Below, piece after piece: positions 61,078-64,000 of a stretch of 64,000 bases of DNA (the first letter of the stretch is position 1; every line of letters begins with the position of its first letter). The translations under genes were made by a program, and so were the position numbers. Source of the stretch: Macrostomum hystrix (Eukaryota > Animalia > Platyhelminthes). The stretch lies in contig CATNEN010000012.1 of the NCBI GenBank assembly GCA_950097015.1, positions 124,001 to 188,000 on the forward strand, given 5' to 3'. The notes beneath the pieces are model-generated. The model worked only from the letters and a program-made list of their open reading frames with translations. It did not search any database and had not been told where the DNA came from.

Positions 61078-64000
61078 TTTCACCTGATGCTCCACTGGAA
61101 ATTAATATTGCAAAGTTGTCAAAATAAGTGTTAAAAATCAAAAGAAGGTAAAAACAAAGTGAAAGTTTTATCTTACTCTCGAATTATAGGAAAGATCTGA
61201 AGGTTTTTACACAAGAACCTTTGACAGAGAGATCTTTTAGTAAGGTCAATATTGTGAGGCGAGATTAAAAAACCAAGCAGAAACAAAACCAGAGCGAGAA
61301 AGTGCTCCTAGTACCACTATTGCCACTTCAAGTTTAAAAGAAATTGTGCGACGGAATTGGATTCAAGTCTTTAATACGTTTTGGGTAAGTCGTAGTTGTG
61401 GATGGGCAGTTCTCACAACAGCTCCGTATTCGTTGGCTGGCGGCTCTCTCTCATTTGCCAATGCATAACTATTTCTTCTCGCAGTTTAATGACTGCAGCT
61501 ACCAACTGGTAATTTCCGTTTACACTTCTTTCCGAAGCTAATGGTATAGAACTCTTTGGTATAGTAGAAGACTTGGAAACCGTGAAGGCGCTCAGAGATT
61601 AATTTACTACCTTACGCTCTCACTTTTTTCAAGCAGCTACCTCATTTTGCTCTGACTTACATTTGGCATTATAAATAACATACAAATATATAGAATGACA
61701 ACTGTCTCTATTATATTCACGTGAAAAAGCCAGCTGAAACTTTTAAATAGCTAAATTATTTTTCTTTATATTATATGAGTGCTAAAAAAAACTGTAGATA
61801 ATAAAAAAGTATTTTAATGTGATAGCTTTACATAAAAAATCTTTCCAAAATAACTTTATAATATAAAAAACTAATTAGCACGTGCTCTCTTCATTAGACA
61901 CATCCAATGTGGATCCTGACAATCTGGATATAGTAAAGTACGTAACTTCAAAACAAATAAGCTTATATACAGCCATAAGAAAGAGTTTTGTAACAAATCC
62001 CGATACATCTTTATTTTGGTATCTACTAATGTTCATAGAAAAAAGTTATCTACGTATTTTCAAAGAAAAAGTAATCTTCTTATCTTCATAGAAAAACGAA
62101 ATAACTTTAGTTACTGCAACTGCCGTAGCAAGGCTTTCATTAGCACTTCCGTTTTTTTTACTAAGAAATCGCTTTCAATTCCTGTGTGTGTTGCTGAGAT
62201 GGCCTGTGTAATGCGCAGATTTAATATATAAATTATAAAATATATTTTAAAGTTCAAGCTTAACGCAGAACTTTCAAATTAGTTCCAAAACTCAGTTCGC
62301 GCTGCAGAGCTCAATTTTAACGAATTCACTAATGCGTTTTCAATGTAGCAGCAAGAAGCACTTAATTTCTTAAGCATAATTTGTTTAATTAGCAGAATTA
62401 TATTTTCTCTCATCAAACCAATCGCTGCTATGTGAAATCATTACGCAGTTTCATTAATTTCAAATTTGACAGGTACGGTACCAACCTGTAGCCTCAGAGG
62501 TGGGACACTCTGTCCTCTGTTCTGGGACAATGTAAATGTTAAGATATGTGGTTAAGAAAATAGCAGATGCTCAGTATTATCTTCAGCCTCACAGTCTGTA
62601 GTAAGACTTCGATTTTAGACATTCGCATATTTAAACTGTTTTTATGATGCATTTTCACAATTTATCTACAGTTTTAACACAAGCCTACTACGAGTATTAT
62701 ACAGCAATTATAAGTATATGCCTTGTAAGCTGCTTTATCAATTTTGTTCATCTGTTCAACTAGCTAGCAAAAGATAGGGCCAAGCTAGGCCTAGCTGCAT
62801 TTTCTTTTTTATGTGTAGACATAATTGCTTTGCTCAAGGACAACTACGAGTAGTAGTAGACTCTACTCCTAGGCCTAGTGGTCCTTAGGGTTTGCTATAC
62901 AAATAACTGCAGCAGCTAGTTATTAACTTAGTATTTATCTAATTTAGAGATGGACCTAATGCCATGGGCCATGGCAATGTGTATAATTGGTCTAAATAAA
63001 TAAATAAAGCTAAATATATTAGTGTATTTGTTTCAGAATAGCTAGAAAATCTTGTGTATTGAGTAGCAGCGAAATGGAATTTATTGCAACTAGCAAAAAT
63101 GAATAAAAGCTAAGCCTAAAGTAAAATAGGCCTAGCACAATTCCATTGTTTTTATTTATTTATGCCATTGTGTTCATGGCAAAGCCTAGCACATTGCTTG
63201 TTTTAGGCTTATGGTCTCAGGAGTAAAGTTGAGATCGGCCCTACATCACCAAATAGTTCTAGCATGGACAGAAACCTCAATTCATTTAATCTTGTCTGAA
63301 GATTTTGGCATAACAAAGCTGATAGTTGTCTGATTTGTATAGCTACAAGAATGATAAGCCATAAGGAGAATCTTGATCTGGTAATGTTAGGTAGGAGGGT
63401 AGGAGGTTTCTAACCATATCTACTGAGTGGTGAATAAAGACAAAACCTATGATTCCTACTTTGACCCAGAGACAAAGACAAAGCAGGATAGCTTCACAGT
63501 GTAGGAAATAGATGGTTTAGATCTGGTTAAGTTAGGCCTACCTATGAAAATATTATTGACATATAAGACAGTCATTAAATTTATTTTATTAAAAAGTCCT
63601 TGAGTCACACAGTATCCTTACTAAATGTTAGCAACTTTAGACATCAGAAAACATATTTAATATTTAACTATTGCAAAAACTTAAGTAGATAGATTATGCT
63701 AGGGCCTACACAAGATTCTATGTCAAGCTTATCCAAATGCCATCAATGTGTTCTCTTTTATGCAATACACTAAATGCTGCAAGCTATGTGGTGACTTTGT
63801 AAAAATAGACCTACATTTATGACATGGACAATGCATAGAAATCATGTGTGACCCACTGACATTACTGGTCTGGACATGGTTTAACTTTATCCCATGTTAT
63901 TTTTTACTAATAACTCCTTAAAGAAATCAATATTTGTTATTTTATAAAGCAATAGAACTGTGAAATTTTTTAAGTAGTGCATGTTATTTAAATCTCTTGT

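Overview
Eukaryotic (metazoan) genomic DNA: GT-AG intron-containing genes with GC-rich exons, embedded in AT-rich introns and intergenic DNA full of mini- and microsatellites. The style is consistent with a free-living flatworm such as Macrostomum, but that is inference and not verified. I reconstructed seven genes by hand with phase-consistent splice sites: (1) a secreted WIF-domain protein with a poly-Arg/Cys tail and no EGF repeats (15261-19081 +); (2) a shootin-1-like coiled-coil/polyproline protein (>=20781-24737 +); (3) an uncharacterised ~590-aa protein (29385-26318 -); (4) a KSR/RAF-family pseudokinase (39870-32295 -); (5) an intronless sphingomyelin-synthase-family gene nested antisense in one of its introns (34436-35530 +); (6) MOG1/RANGRF (49309-50229 +); (7) villin/advillin (61077-51612 -) with a mutually exclusive 116-nt exon pair. 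The window also holds about 20 tandem arrays, 8 copies of a tRNA-derived SINE, a ~700-bp MITE-like element, two strongly CpG-depleted AT-rich domains and several over-represented short motifs (TACGAGTA, TAGGCCTA, CCATAGACA). Most long ORFs in the supplied track are translations of tandem repeats. No prokaryotic-type system, CRISPR array, rRNA or intact tRNA was found. All motif counts are by eye and all family assignments are from recalled motifs, not database searches.
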